From the NCBI GenBank assembly GCA_020634155.1, contig JACKCI010000001.1:982711-1046710 (forward strand): a stretch of 64,000 nt of DNA, written 5' to 3'. This document shows, piece by piece, positions 9,557-19,701 of this stretch. Both the position numbers and the translations under genes were made by a program. Each line of letters starts with the position of its first letter. Position 1 is the first letter of the stretch. The stretch is from Anaerolineales bacterium (GTDB lineage: Bacteria; Chloroflexota; Anaerolineae; Aggregatilineales; J027). Below the pieces are notes generated by a model. It saw only the letters and a list, made by a program, of their open reading frames with translations, was not told the DNA's origin and made no database searches.

Positions 9557-10703
9557 TCGTCCGCAGCATCCGATTCACAGTACGGTGTTGAGAGTCGGCA
9601 TTCTTGCCGTAAGCAATCCACATGAAAATATACTCTTCGCCTTGGTGAACGGCTGTTGCTACATATACCCCCATGTTAAACTCCTGTACTCCTCCGAAGA
9701 ACAGGGAGTAGTCTTTAGGAACTTTAAGATACATTGTCTGATAGGTGAATACTCCCGGCTCCCCACCAATGTCTTGTTCTTGACGATCATAGTCAGATTT
9801 GAACTTGAACCCCTCTGCCGAGATGTCAAAATTGCCCTGTTGTTGGTTTTCTTGAAATTGGACATCGATATATTGCTGAAAAGATGCATAGTTGATGAGG
9901 GTATCGTAGCGTATCGCATCAAGATTCTCTTCAGTCATAGCCGCCATAATAAACACGGCCATTTCTTCATCAAACACGACACCAAGTTGTTGTGCAATAT
10001 CGCTGGTACCATCAAAAATATCTTGAGTGCGAATATTAAGGTTAAGCGCTGACGTTGCATCGGCAATGCGTTGGGCGTTCTTTGTTGACGCCACCACTGA
10101 GCGACTATCAGCAGGACGCAACACCCAATCATCTGGATAGTTGATTTGCACATCTTGAGTCTTGGCGACTTTGGTCATATCCGGCCCAAAGAGACCAAAC
10201 AGGCCATAGTTGCGATAGGTATAGGCATACCACGCAATCACTGGTATTAAAGCCAGACCAATCAGCACCATCCCAATACCAATAGCCCATTCAAGCTGCC
10301 CCCCTCCACCTTTGGACTTAGCGGGGGTAATCGGCGCTACAGTGCCGAAATCGTAGTTTGAGCCACCTTCTACATTGGGGTCAAATTGATTAGCGCTGGC
10401 ATCTTCGTAGAACTGAAAGGGGTCTTCAGGTGCTGAATCATTAAAATCTGAAGGAAATGTGAATTCTTGGGCATCCAGCATCGCTTGCATTTCCAGTGCT
10501 TCGGCGTGGTGAGGGTCAAGGCGTAGCACCCGCTTGAGGCTTTCTTGCTTGATACCCGCATCATCACTAAGTTTTGCTAAAGCCCACCACCCTCGTACAT
10601 CCCTTGGATTGGCCTTAATGTAGGCCTTGAGTAGTTGGAGTGCTTTGTGGCGATCACCTTGCTTCAAGGCTCCCGCCACTTGGCGCAAGAGTTCTTCGCT
10701 CAT
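9540..10703 (-). CDS. TPR-containing membrane protein, hypothetical
   Basis: N-terminal TPR-like helices ([25 protein letters not shown]...[15 protein letters not shown]). One TM ([23 protein letters not shown]). ATG at 10703 with RBS GAAGGGGA. Confidence 0.6.
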   Translation of the reverse strand: MSEELLRQVAGALKQGDRHKALQLLKAYIKANPRDVRGWWALAKLSDDAGIKQESLKRVLRLDPHHAEALEMQAMLDAQEFTFPSDFNDSAPEDPFQFYEDASANQFDPNVEGGSNYDFGTVAPITPAKSKGGGGQLEWAIGIGMVLIGLALIPVIAWYAYTYRNYGLFGLFGPDMTKVAKTQDVQINYPDDWVLRPADSRSVVASTKNAQRIADATSALNLNIRTQDIFDGTSDIAQQLGVVFDEEMAVFIMAAMTEENLDAIRYDTLINYASFQQYIDVQFQENQQQGNFDISAEGFKFKSDYDRQEQDIGGEPGVFTYQTMYLKVPKDYSLFFGGVQEFNMGVYVATAVHQGEEYIFMWIAYGKNADSQHRTVNRMLRTIEFLH

Positions 10704-10749
10704 GATTGTATTTCCCCTTCTTGAATTAATCTCAGTATATAGGCAAATT

Positions 10750-10777
10750 TTGCAGGATAGAAGCTACACGATACAAT
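10750..10777 (+). promoter_or_regulatory. Candidate promoter for tgt
   Basis: TTGCAG (10750-10755), 16-nt spacer, TACAAT (10772-10777). Confidence 0.35.
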
Positions 10778-10810
10778 TTCATCGGTAACGCATGATTGAG
10801 GAAAGAGGGT

Positions 10811-11938
10811 ATGGGGTTCACATTTGAAATTGAAGCAGAAGCAGGGGCAGCCCGCGCCGGACGGTTTATGACACCACACGGCACTATTGAAACACCCGTT
10901 TTTGCTCCAGTCGGCACCCAAGCCACCGTCAAAGCGGTCCTCCCCCGTGACCTCTACGAAGTAGGGGCAAGCCTCGTTCTTGCCAACACCTACCACCTTC
11001 ATTTACGCCCCGGTGATACCCTTGTCCGTGATTTTGGTGGTCTGCATTCCTTCATGGGATGGGACGGCCCGATGCTCACCGATTCGGGTGGATTTCAGGT
11101 TTTCAGTTTGGCGCAACTCCGACGCATTACCGACGACGGAGTCACCTTTCGTAGCCATATTGACGGGGCTATCCTCAAGTTTACCCCTGAATACGCGATG
11201 CAAATTCAACACAATTTGGGTGCAGATATTATCATGGCCTTTGATGAGTGCGCCCAACCCGATGATTATGACATTGCACAGGCCGCTATGCAGCGCACCC
11301 ATGCGTGGGCACAGCGGTGTGTTGACCATCATTATCAGCACGGCAATCCTGACCGCCAAGCCTTATTTGGCATTGTGCAGGGCGGCATTTTCCAAGACCT
11401 GCGCGAGCAATCGGCACACTTCATCACTAGCCTAGACTTGCCCGGCTATGCTGTTGGCGGCTTGGCGGTTGGTGAAACGAAAGCTGATATGCTGGCGACC
11501 CTCTCGTTTACTGTACCTTGTTTACCGCCCAACCGTCCCCGCTATTTAATGGGGGTTGGACAGGCCGAAGACCTTGTAGAAGCTGTTAGCCGCGGGATTG
11601 ATATTTTTGATTGTGTATTGCCCACCCGCGAAGCCCGTCATGGCGCGGCACTCACCCGCTATGGACGCTTAAATATGGGCAATCTACGCTTTGCGAGTGA
11701 TTCCGAACCACTAGAGCCTGATTGTACTTGCTATGCCTGCCAGCATTTTTCGCGTGGCTATATTCGGCATTTAGTGAAGGCAAAAGAACTCATCAGTCAT
11801 CAGTTGCTGAGTATTCATAATCTCGCGTTTTTGATTCGGCTGATGAAAGAAATGCGACAAGCAATTATTCAGGGCGAAACCGCCTTTGCTGGATTTAAAT
11901 CTCAGTTCTTGGCGGATTATCGTTCTATGGTAAAGTGA
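10811..11938 (+). CDS. tgt: Queuine tRNA-ribosyltransferase (tRNA-guanine transglycosylase)
   Basis: ARAGRFMTPHGTIETPVFAPVGT, LANTYHL, TDSGGFQV, MAFDEC, GIVQGG, GYAVGGLAVGE, PRYLMGVG, DCVLPTR, and the Zn site CTCYAC. ATG at 10811 follows AGGAAAGAGGG. Confidence 0.95.
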   Translation: MGFTFEIEAEAGAARAGRFMTPHGTIETPVFAPVGTQATVKAVLPRDLYEVGASLVLANTYHLHLRPGDTLVRDFGGLHSFMGWDGPMLTDSGGFQVFSLAQLRRITDDGVTFRSHIDGAILKFTPEYAMQIQHNLGADIIMAFDECAQPDDYDIAQAAMQRTHAWAQRCVDHHYQHGNPDRQALFGIVQGGIFQDLREQSAHFITSLDLPGYAVGGLAVGETKADMLATLSFTVPCLPPNRPRYLMGVGQAEDLVEAVSRGIDIFDCVLPTREARHGAALTRYGRLNMGNLRFASDSEPLEPDCTCYACQHFSRGYIRHLVKAKELISHQLLSIHNLAFLIRLMKEMRQAIIQGETAFAGFKSQFLADYRSMVK

Positions 11939-11978
11939 CTTCGGATACATTCGTACAGCGAAAGGAAACTGTGATTTA

Positions 11979-12824
11979 GTGAAACTGCTAGAAGCTCTAC
12001 TACTTGGCGTTGTACAAGGTGCAACTGAATTTTTGCCCGTGTCCAGCTCTGGGCATTTGGTGTTAGTGTCATGGTGGCTGGGGTTAGATGCTCCACCCTT
12101 GATCTTTTCGGTTGTTGTACATCTTGGTACCACGCTGGCAGTCATTGCCTACTTCTGGCAGGATTGGTGGCGCATCATTCAATCCACCCTCCAAGGGGTA
12201 TTGCACCGCTCATTCGATTGGAATCACAATCCCGAACACCGCATTATGACAATGTTGGTGATTGGTTCCATACCCGTTGCAGTGGTCGGCTTTGCGCTCC
12301 AAGATTACTTTGAAAACACCTTCTCCAACCCCGCAATGGTCAGCATTAGTCTGTTCATTACGGCTGGATTATTGATTTATGGTGAATACGCTTCCTCAGC
12401 CTCACCAGACACAACACACGAACTTATCCCTCAGCAAATCCGCTTTATCGATAGCATTTGGATTGGATTGGCGCAAGCTTTCGCCATTATGCCGGGCATT
12501 TCACGCTCTGGCAGCACCATCGCAGCCGGTTTGTTTCGCGGCTTGAGCCGCCCAGCCGCCGCCCGTTATAGCTTTTTGTTAGCAACACCCGCTATCATCG
12601 GGGCTGGCCTACTGGAAACACTTCACATCATCAGTGGCGAAGCGCAATTCACGCGTGATTTAGCAGGCGTACTATTCATTGGCTTTGTATCAGCAGCGCT
12701 AGTTGGTTTTGCTAGTATCGCGCTTTTGTTACAGGTGGTGAAACGTCATCGGCTTTACGGGTTTGCAGCATATTGTGTCGTGTTTGGTATGATGAGTCTG
12801 GGGGCGGTGATATTGCGAGGATAG
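11979..12824 (+). CDS. uppP: Undecaprenyl-diphosphate phosphatase
   Basis: GVVQGATEFLPVSSSGHL and PGISRSGSTI motifs. Polytopic membrane protein. GTG start. Confidence 0.9.
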   Translation: MKLLEALLLGVVQGATEFLPVSSSGHLVLVSWWLGLDAPPLIFSVVVHLGTTLAVIAYFWQDWWRIIQSTLQGVLHRSFDWNHNPEHRIMTMLVIGSIPVAVVGFALQDYFENTFSNPAMVSISLFITAGLLIYGEYASSASPDTTHELIPQQIRFIDSIWIGLAQAFAIMPGISRSGSTIAAGLFRGLSRPAAARYSFLLATPAIIGAGLLETLHIISGEAQFTRDLAGVLFIGFVSAALVGFASIALLLQVVKRHRLYGFAAYCVVFGMMSLGAVILRG

Positions 12825-12833
12825 CCTCATTCT

Positions 12834-13691
12834 ATGAAGTGTGTCACTCGCAAAACCAAACAAACCTTGGTGGTCATGACCTTAGCCCTTGCTAGTTGCC
12901 GGGGGCCAATGCAAGCTCCAACCCCTACGCCGGAGGTGGTTCCGCTTTACTTTGTATCCACCAGCAGCACCCATCCCCTCTTGTGGGACTTAACCACCGT
13001 TTATTCTAGAGACAATGAATTAATCGCTATTATTGACCAAAACAGCACTGGTATTACCTTGCAACAAGCGCTCGATCACCCCAACGCAACGACTGCCTAT
13101 GCCATCACCCATCAGCTACCTGATATGGATGATTTCTGGGCTGCTCCTTTGGGACAAGATGGTATTGCCATCATCACCCATCCAAATTTGACCGCTATCC
13201 ATTCCCTGTCAGCCGAAGACCTGCGGGCTATCTTTACTGGCACGGCTCAAAATTGGTCAGAGTTCAATGGGCCAAATCTACGCATTATTGTAGTGAGTCG
13301 TGAAGCAACTTCACCGATTCGCGGGGCGTTTGAAAATCAAGTGCTGGGGCAACGCCCAATGACTCTCCGCGCACGGCTGGCAACCACCGCCAATGCAATG
13401 CACGATATTGTTGCTCAAACCCCCGGAGCTATCGGCTTCATCAGTATGGCCCAAGCCGACCAAGAAGTTAGAGTAGTTCCCTTAATCCCCCAAACAGGAC
13501 TAGCACCAGTCTTTCCAACACCGCATAGTGTGTTTGATGCTACCTATCCCCTTCGACTGCCCATCTTGGTTATTGGAAACCATGCACCCCAACCCGAAGA
13601 TGGGTACTATGAGTTCATCTTGTGGGCGCAACAGGCCGAAGGGCAGGCCATCATCGCCCAATACTACGCCCCATTGCGAGACTTACAATGA
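12834..13691 (+). CDS. PstS-like periplasmic binding domain lipoprotein (PBP-like 2)
   Basis: Lipobox-like LALASC. The GAIGFISMAQ and IVVSREATSPIRGAFE patterns are typical of phosphate-binding-protein-like domains. Confidence 0.6.
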   Translation: MKCVTRKTKQTLVVMTLALASCRGPMQAPTPTPEVVPLYFVSTSSTHPLLWDLTTVYSRDNELIAIIDQNSTGITLQQALDHPNATTAYAITHQLPDMDDFWAAPLGQDGIAIITHPNLTAIHSLSAEDLRAIFTGTAQNWSEFNGPNLRIIVVSREATSPIRGAFENQVLGQRPMTLRARLATTANAMHDIVAQTPGAIGFISMAQADQEVRVVPLIPQTGLAPVFPTPHSVFDATYPLRLPILVIGNHAPQPEDGYYEFILWAQQAEGQAIIAQYYAPLRDLQ

Positions 13692-14344
13692 AAAACCTTG
13701 AGAGATTATGGTGGCGAACCATCGAGTTTGGTTTTCGGCTACTTTATAATGAAATGGCATGGACTTATGACCTTGTGGCGTGGACAGTTAGCCTTGGACA
13801 ATGGCACAACTGGCAACGTGCCGCTCTCCCTTATTTGAATGTTGAAGCAGATGCATATGTCCTTGAGTTAGCACATGGCACGGGCAACCTCCAGCTAGAT
13901 TTATACGCAGCAGGCTATCAGCGTGTCGCGCTTGACCTTAGTCCGGCAATGGGGCGTATTGCCCAGCGAAAACTCCAGCGCCACCATCTTCAAGCGCCCC
14001 TAGTACGCGGCTTAGGTCAACACCTGCCATTTGCCGACCACACCTTTGATGCAATTGTCAGCACCTTCCCCACCCCTTTTATCATCGAGCCAGAAACATT
14101 GCGCGAAGCTCATCGGGTTCTCAAACCCCGCAAGCGGCTGGTAATTGTGCCAATGGGTGTGCTAACAGGTGGAGGTGTTCTCAAAAACACTTTAGAAGCA
14201 GCCTATCAGGTGACGGGTCAACGTGGCCCTTGGCCTGTTGAAATTGCCCAGCGCTTTACTGATGCAGGGTTTAACATTGAGGTCTTTAGCCACCCATGTC
14301 CTTATAGTATAGCCACCGTGTTAGTCGCAACGCGCAATAGCTGA
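13688..14344 (+). CDS. Class I SAM-dependent methyltransferase
   Basis: VLELAHGTGNL (motif I), then ALDLSPAM, then FDAIVSTF. ATG at 13688 forms an ATGA overlap with the upstream stop. The listed 13622 start overlaps the upstream CDS. Confidence 0.7.
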   Translation: MKNLERLWWRTIEFGFRLLYNEMAWTYDLVAWTVSLGQWHNWQRAALPYLNVEADAYVLELAHGTGNLQLDLYAAGYQRVALDLSPAMGRIAQRKLQRHHLQAPLVRGLGQHLPFADHTFDAIVSTFPTPFIIEPETLREAHRVLKPRKRLVIVPMGVLTGGGVLKNTLEAAYQVTGQRGPWPVEIAQRFTDAGFNIEVFSHPCPYSIATVLVATRNS

Positions 14345-14418
14345 CCAATCGTCAGGCAACCCATTGCCATTCACCCTTATACTACTTGAGAGAACGCACA
14401 CAACAAGGAGTCTGTATC

Positions 14419-15486
14419 ATGTACCGCCGATTTTGGATTGTAGCGCTTACACTTGCGTTGTTCGCTATTCCACTAACAAGCGCCTTCGCCCAAGATGGTA
14501 GCAGCGCCATCCATAAACTCGATATTTCCCGTCTACGCCATGAATACCAAGGCTGGAACAATTGCGGCCCAACTACGCTGACGATGGGTCTCAGTTACTA
14601 TGGCTATACATCCGACCAAAACCCTGCCGCTCTCTTCCTTAAACCTCACCGCGAGGATAAAAACGTAAGCCCCGAAGAGATGGTGGCTTATGTTAACGAG
14701 GAAGTGCCGAACACCCTAGCCTTATATCGTCCGGGAGGCGACCTTGAATTGATTAAGTCACTCTTGGCGGCTGACTTTCCCGTCATCGTGGAAAAGGGTT
14801 ATGAGCCGGAAGGCTATGAGTGGATGGGCCATTATCTATTGCTGATTGGCTACAACGACGATGAAGGCTACTTTTATACCTATGATAGCTTCAGCGGGCA
14901 TGGCAACTTCCAAGGGCTGCATGAAAGCTATGACCACCTCACCGAGTATTGGTGGCATTTTAGTAACACCTTCATTGTCATCTACACCCCTGACCGCGAA
15001 GCCGAACTAATGACCGTGCTGGGTGATCGCGCTGACCTCACCACTGCCTATCAACTGATGGCCCAAACCGCCGTTGAGCGCCTGCAACTGGATAGCAATG
15101 ATACATGGGCGTGGTTCAATGTAGCGGATGCTCTCACGGAATTGGGGCAATATGAGCAGGCCACCCAATACTTCCGCGTGGCAATTGAAAAAGGCCTACC
15201 TTGGCGCACGATGTGGTACCGTCACACTCCCTTTGAAGCCTTCTATCAGGCAGGCTATTTCGATAAGGTACTCGAACTGGTCAGTATCAACCTCGCCAAT
15301 ACCCCTTATGTCGAGGAATGGTACTACTATCGTGGGCTGGTCTATGCCTCACGTGGTCAAAGCGACCAAGCGCGTGCCGAGTTCAACACAGCGTTGCAAT
15401 ACAATAAGAACGACGATGAAACCATTGAGGCTCTTGCCGAATTGGACAACGGGACTTTTCAGGTTGTAGCAGAAGCCACCCAATGA
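14419..15486 (+). CDS. Secreted C39-like peptidase domain protein with C-terminal TPR repeats
   Basis: Signal peptide MYRRFWIVALTLALFAIPLTSAFA. GWNNCGPTTLTMGLSYYG matches the C39-like cysteine peptidase motif. TPR-like C-terminus. RBS AAGGAG at 14405-14410. Confidence 0.65.
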   Translation: MYRRFWIVALTLALFAIPLTSAFAQDGSSAIHKLDISRLRHEYQGWNNCGPTTLTMGLSYYGYTSDQNPAALFLKPHREDKNVSPEEMVAYVNEEVPNTLALYRPGGDLELIKSLLAADFPVIVEKGYEPEGYEWMGHYLLLIGYNDDEGYFYTYDSFSGHGNFQGLHESYDHLTEYWWHFSNTFIVIYTPDREAELMTVLGDRADLTTAYQLMAQTAVERLQLDSNDTWAWFNVADALTELGQYEQATQYFRVAIEKGLPWRTMWYRHTPFEAFYQAGYFDKVLELVSINLANTPYVEEWYYYRGLVYASRGQSDQARAEFNTALQYNKNDDETIEALAELDNGTFQVVAEATQ

Positions 15487-15560
15487 TTGGGGGTTATCGC
15501 TTTGCCCCGCTTTTGACTACAATAACGAGGTACTGTCTACACACAAGGGAGGAGTATCCT

Positions 15561-17030
15561 GTGTTAAAACAAAAATTTATGATTCTGCCCCTCGCGCTAA
15601 TTTTGACCCTCGCGCTATCGGGCTGCTTAGACCTCTTTACCATTCCCTCCATATCTGTCAGCAATGATAATCAATGGGTGGCGTTCTTGACCACAGGCGG
15701 CGACAATCTAGACCAAATGACATTGCAAGCGGTCAACCTCAACGATGGCAGTATCGTCGCCGTTGGCGAAGAAGGTTCTAATCAAGGGGCCTTCGATTGG
15801 AACCCCACTGCCACTGAAATCGCCTACTACAATCTGGCTGCTGATGGCACGCCCTCGGTGCGCGTCAGTGACCTGAGCGATGCAGGTCAAGAGGCCCTCG
15901 GCGTATTTGCTTTCCCGCGCAATTTCTGGGTAACCCAGATGGCCTATTCACCCGATGGCAACTGGCTGGCTTTGGCCGTCATTCTCTTACCCGAAGACTT
16001 TATCATGACTCCCGATAGCGATAGTTCCATTGAAGGTGTTGTGACCGAGTCGGCCCTTTACCTTGCGAATCTAGCAGATGGCACCGTAACCGCAGCCAGC
16101 AACCCCGGTGAGCTTACCATTTCAACCGTTGCATGGAGTCCCGATGGCGCAAAGGTTGCCTTCACCGCATGGAAAGATGGTAATGGAGATGGCACCATTG
16201 ATAGCTCCGGTGCAGGCATTATGGAAGCTATGTTTGGCGCAGGTGACATCACCGACATCTATGTTTACGATATTGCCAGCCAAAGCATCACCGCATTTGA
16301 TGATGGCAACATGAACCTATCTCCCGATTGGCTTGGCCCGAATACCCTTGTCTACAGCGCCTATGTCCTCAACTTCATGAGTCCCGATGTAGGGACACTT
16401 GCCATTAATTCCTATGACCTCACCAGCAGCACCAGCACCACCTTGGTAGCAGGTAGCGAGTCAGCTTCTTTCTTGTCGGTCTCGGCCTCACCAGATGGCT
16501 CCAAGATTGCCTATATCCAAAGCCCTGAAGGTGGTGACAGCATGATGATGGGCGGCTTTGAGGGTGATATGGGTACAGAACCTACTGAAGAGGCTCCTGC
16601 TGAACCCATCCAAGTGATTGTCGCCAATGCTGACGGTTCTAACCCAACCGTTGTCTATGAAACACCCGGCGACGGTCTACCCTTTGATGTGCCTGTTTGG
16701 TCACAAGACGGCGCGTGGCTCTTCTTGAGCAATGGTAACCCACTCGGCTCCGTTGTGGGTAGCATGTCCTCAGCTTTCGCCACTGGCTTTACCGAGGGCA
16801 TGGAAGACCTCGAAGGTATGGAGGGTGTCGAAGGCGTCGATGAACTCGAAGGTGTTGGCGAGATGCTCCCCACCCAGATGATTGTAGCCATTGACCTCAA
16901 TGATTCTGCCAATACCAAGGTCGTCTATGAAGGCTCAATAGCCTCACCCGCCCTTATGCAATTCGCCTTTTCCATGTCCTCTATGGCATCTGGCTTTGAC
17001 GATATGGAGTTTGATACCAGTGGCGAATAG
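15561..17030 (+). CDS. PD40/TolB-like beta-propeller lipoprotein
   Basis: GTG at 15561 after AAGGGAGGAG. Lipobox LALSGC. Repeated PD40 signatures YSPDGNWLA, WSPDGAKVAF, ASPDGSKIAYI. Confidence 0.7.
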   Translation: MLKQKFMILPLALILTLALSGCLDLFTIPSISVSNDNQWVAFLTTGGDNLDQMTLQAVNLNDGSIVAVGEEGSNQGAFDWNPTATEIAYYNLAADGTPSVRVSDLSDAGQEALGVFAFPRNFWVTQMAYSPDGNWLALAVILLPEDFIMTPDSDSSIEGVVTESALYLANLADGTVTAASNPGELTISTVAWSPDGAKVAFTAWKDGNGDGTIDSSGAGIMEAMFGAGDITDIYVYDIASQSITAFDDGNMNLSPDWLGPNTLVYSAYVLNFMSPDVGTLAINSYDLTSSTSTTLVAGSESASFLSVSASPDGSKIAYIQSPEGGDSMMMGGFEGDMGTEPTEEAPAEPIQVIVANADGSNPTVVYETPGDGLPFDVPVWSQDGAWLFLSNGNPLGSVVGSMSSAFATGFTEGMEDLEGMEGVEGVDELEGVGEMLPTQMIVAIDLNDSANTKVVYEGSIASPALMQFAFSMSSMASGFDDMEFDTSGE

Positions 17031-17056
17031 TCGCATCCGTTAGCCTGTCAATCTAT

Positions 17057-17084
17057 AAGGGGTCGGTCACTGGATCGGCCCTTT
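17057..17084 (+). terminator. Possible hairpin terminator between convergent genes
   Basis: AAGGGGTCGGTC-ACTG-GATCGGCCCTTT forms a 12-bp stem if three G-U pairs are allowed on the + transcript. The U-tract is weak. It overlaps the stop of the minus-strand gene. Confidence 0.3.
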
Positions 17085-17700
17085 ATGATTCATAATGCAC
17101 CCCTGCCGCCAAAAGTTGATTGCGGCAATCCACCGCCCGTGTATCAATCAAGCGATGGCGCTCAATCAAATAGGCCAAAGTAAAATCCATCGAGAATAAC
17201 AAAGCAGCATCAAGGTCTAGCTGACACAGCGCCCGCAGACGCTCTACGTTGGGATAGTGCCGAGTAGGTTCTATCAGGTCGGCCAATAGCACCACTTTAT
17301 CAAGAGAAGCCATATTGGGCGCACCCGTGGTGTGGTACGTACACGCTGAGGCAAGTTGAGGGTCATCGAATTGAAATTCCTCATTTGCTAACAAATAGCC
17401 AACCGCCCCATGCAGCAAATCGGGGACTTGGCGCTCTATCTCGATAATGGGCCAATCATAGGCACGGGCCGTCTGCAAGAGCGTTTCATCGTCAAGACTC
17501 TTAGCGGCATCATGAATCCAGCCTGCCAGACGCGCTTGCAGCACTTGGGTAGGGGCATAGCGCCGAGCGAGTTGGTCAGCCGCTTCCACCACCCCACACA
17601 CATGCGCCCAACGCTTGGCGGGTACCCGTGCCTCAGCCCATTGCCGTACTTGTTCTTCAAGTTCTGGTGTATACACAGTGCATCCTTTAGCAAAAATCAC
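17083..17700 (-). CDS. HD-domain phosphohydrolase, YqeK-like
   Basis: RWAHVCGVVEAA, WIHDAAK (HD pair), YHTTG. GTG start at 17700. Confidence 0.75.
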   Translation of the reverse strand: MIFAKGCTVYTPELEEQVRQWAEARVPAKRWAHVCGVVEAADQLARRYAPTQVLQARLAGWIHDAAKSLDDETLLQTARAYDWPIIEIERQVPDLLHGAVGYLLANEEFQFDDPQLASACTYHTTGAPNMASLDKVVLLADLIEPTRHYPNVERLRALCQLDLDAALLFSMDFTLAYLIERHRLIDTRAVDCRNQLLAAGVHYES

Positions 17701-17702
17701 GG

Positions 17703-17731
17703 TTGCGAATATATGATTCCAATGCTATATT
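17703..17731 (+). promoter_or_regulatory. Candidate promoter for tRNA-Arg
   Basis: TTGCGA (17703-17708), 17-nt spacer, TATATT (17726-17731), 11 nt before the tRNA 5' end. Confidence 0.5.
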
Positions 17732-17742
17732 GTAAAGGTAAT

Positions 17743-17815
17743 GTCCCACTAGCTCAAAGGATAGAGCGTTGCCCTCCGGAGGCAAAGGCTGTAGGTTCGA
17801 ATCCTACGTGGGACG
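17743..17815 (+). tRNA. tRNA-Arg (anticodon CCG)
   Basis: Hand-folded cloverleaf, 73 nt: acceptor GTCCCAC/GTGGGAC, D stem GCTC/GAGC, anticodon stem TTGCC/GGCAA with loop CTCCGGA, T stem GTAGG/CCTAC with loop TTCGAAT. No encoded CCA. Confidence 0.9.
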
Positions 17816-17837
17816 TTTAGTCATTTGGGATATAATT

Positions 17838-19577
17838 ATGCCACCTTCCTTACAACAATTCTCACTAATTAAGAGTCATGTCAAACATTTTGAAGATGAA
17901 CTCAAGTTAACCTCTGAGAATGCCTTCTATTTCTTTGTTCTAGGTCTTATTCTTGATCTTCAAGAAGATGAAATTAAGGATTCAATTACAGATAACCAGT
18001 ATTTAGCCCAGCATTTGAGTGGTAGAGGGGGGCATGACCGAGGTATCGATGCAGTTTATATAGACGAAACAGGTGCAGTTCCTGTGGTACACCTATTCAA
18101 CTGCAAATACACATCCAAGTTTGACAAGACACGTAACAACCTTCCTGCTTCCGAAATTGACAAAATATTAGGGTTTGTGAAAGATCTAATCTCAAAAGAG
18201 CTAGATTTGAAAGAAACCGTTAACCCAATCTTAGCCAGTAAGGTACAAGAAATCTGGGATATTTTTGATAAACACAACCCAGAGTTCGAAATACACTTTT
18301 GTGCCAATTACTATAACGGATTTGAGGCACAAGAGAAAACGCGGTTCGAGAAAAGTGTGGGTAGTTACTCAGACTTCAAAATTAACTATCACTTAATGGA
18401 AGATTTACATAGTCGTGTTTTGCAGTCTGGAAAAAAAACTGTAAATGCAAGACTTAGGGCGATTGATAAGAATTATTTCGAGAAATCTGATGGGGATATT
18501 CGGGCACTTATTGTCGATGTTGAGGCAAGGGAGTTACTACGAATCGTAATCGACGATCAAGGGATTCGTAATGATACTGACTATGAAGATTACACAAAAC
18601 TTGTAAACTATTCTATTCTCGAAGATGCTTTTGAGAACAACATTAGAATCTATCTAAAACAGCGGTCAAAGATCAATAGAAATATTAAGAAGACGGCACT
18701 ATCAGATACTGATCACTTTAGATTTTTTTATTTCAATAACGGCATTACTATTACCTGCGATCGCTTTACTTACATGAAATCAGGTCGTGCTCCCATAATA
18801 GACCTTCAAAACCTACAAATCGTAAATGGGAGTCAAACAATACATGCCCTCTATGAAGCATTTAATGAAAATCCAAGACTTTTCGACAACATAGATGTAT
18901 TGGTTCGTATCTATGAAACGCAAAATGCGGAACTGAGTACAAGAATTGCGGAATATACTAATAGTCAGAATCCAGTAAAGAGTCGTGACATTCGCTCAAT
19001 TGATTATGTACAGCAAATCTTAGAGGCAGAGTTGGATGCGCTGGGGTTTTATTATGAAAGGAAGAAGAACCAATACTATTATCAACCTCGGGAAAAGAGG
19101 ATTGACGCAGAGAAAACAGGTCAAGTGTTATTTGCGTTCTATAATAAGATGCCACTTGAAGCCAAGAATGAGAAGCGGCTGATTTTTGGAGAAAAATATG
19201 AGGAGATATTCAATGATGAAATAAATGCTGATAAAGTTCTACTTCCGTATCGTTTATTTGAGTATATTGAAAAAAGGAAGGACACTAAGAAGCGTGAAAT
19301 GCTAGACACATCGGCAAATTTCGATGACGATTCGTTTATACTGGTAGCTTCCTATCATATTCTGTACATTATTGGAGAGATAGCAACAAAGAAAAATCTA
19401 GAATTTAGATTATCAAACCTTAGTGCATTTCAAATGCTGTACGATCAAGCAGTTGAGCTAGTTCGCAAGTTGATAAGCATTGAAAAGTCATCCGACGACA
19501 AGTATAACCACACTAAATTCTTTAAATCAATCAAACCAAAGAGATTGTTTGAAGAACACATTTTGTCAGAACTTTAG
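17838..19577 (+). CDS. AIPR-family abortive-infection (phage resistance) protein
   Basis: 580-aa ORF in a clearly AT-rich block. N-terminal GGHDRGIDAVYIDE...LFNCKY (nuclease-like) and central YFNNGITITC...IVNGSQTIHAL, which I recognise as the AIPR signature. ATG at 17838. The listed 17769 start runs through the tRNA. Confidence 0.65.
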   Translation: MPPSLQQFSLIKSHVKHFEDELKLTSENAFYFFVLGLILDLQEDEIKDSITDNQYLAQHLSGRGGHDRGIDAVYIDETGAVPVVHLFNCKYTSKFDKTRNNLPASEIDKILGFVKDLISKELDLKETVNPILASKVQEIWDIFDKHNPEFEIHFCANYYNGFEAQEKTRFEKSVGSYSDFKINYHLMEDLHSRVLQSGKKTVNARLRAIDKNYFEKSDGDIRALIVDVEARELLRIVIDDQGIRNDTDYEDYTKLVNYSILEDAFENNIRIYLKQRSKINRNIKKTALSDTDHFRFFYFNNGITITCDRFTYMKSGRAPIIDLQNLQIVNGSQTIHALYEAFNENPRLFDNIDVLVRIYETQNAELSTRIAEYTNSQNPVKSRDIRSIDYVQQILEAELDALGFYYERKKNQYYYQPREKRIDAEKTGQVLFAFYNKMPLEAKNEKRLIFGEKYEEIFNDEINADKVLLPYRLFEYIEKRKDTKKREMLDTSANFDDDSFILVASYHILYIIGEIATKKNLEFRLSNLSAFQMLYDQAVELVRKLISIEKSSDDKYNHTKFFKSIKPKRLFEEHILSEL

Positions 19578-19658
19578 AAAAACGTTGGGTCGTTATTTCT
19601 ACCCACAGTCCCCTTTTCTTCCCAATTATATGAATCTCCGCCTTCACCTATCCAACTA

Positions 19659-19701
19659 GCTAGGTCAAGAACTAGTCGTGAAGCCAATAGATTGACCTAG
19701 C
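19659..19701. repeat. Perfect 10-bp inverted repeat with 23-nt spacer in the non-coding tail of the islet
   Basis: GCTAGGTCAA (19659-19668) and TTGACCTAGC (19692-19701). The right arm contains a TTGACC -35-like hexamer. Confidence 0.6.

Noticed and set aside
17769-17837. ORF-track 5' extension of the AIPR ORF (start at 17769).
   Set aside because: The extension is translated straight through the tRNA-Arg gene. The first ATG after the tRNA (17838) is the plausible start.
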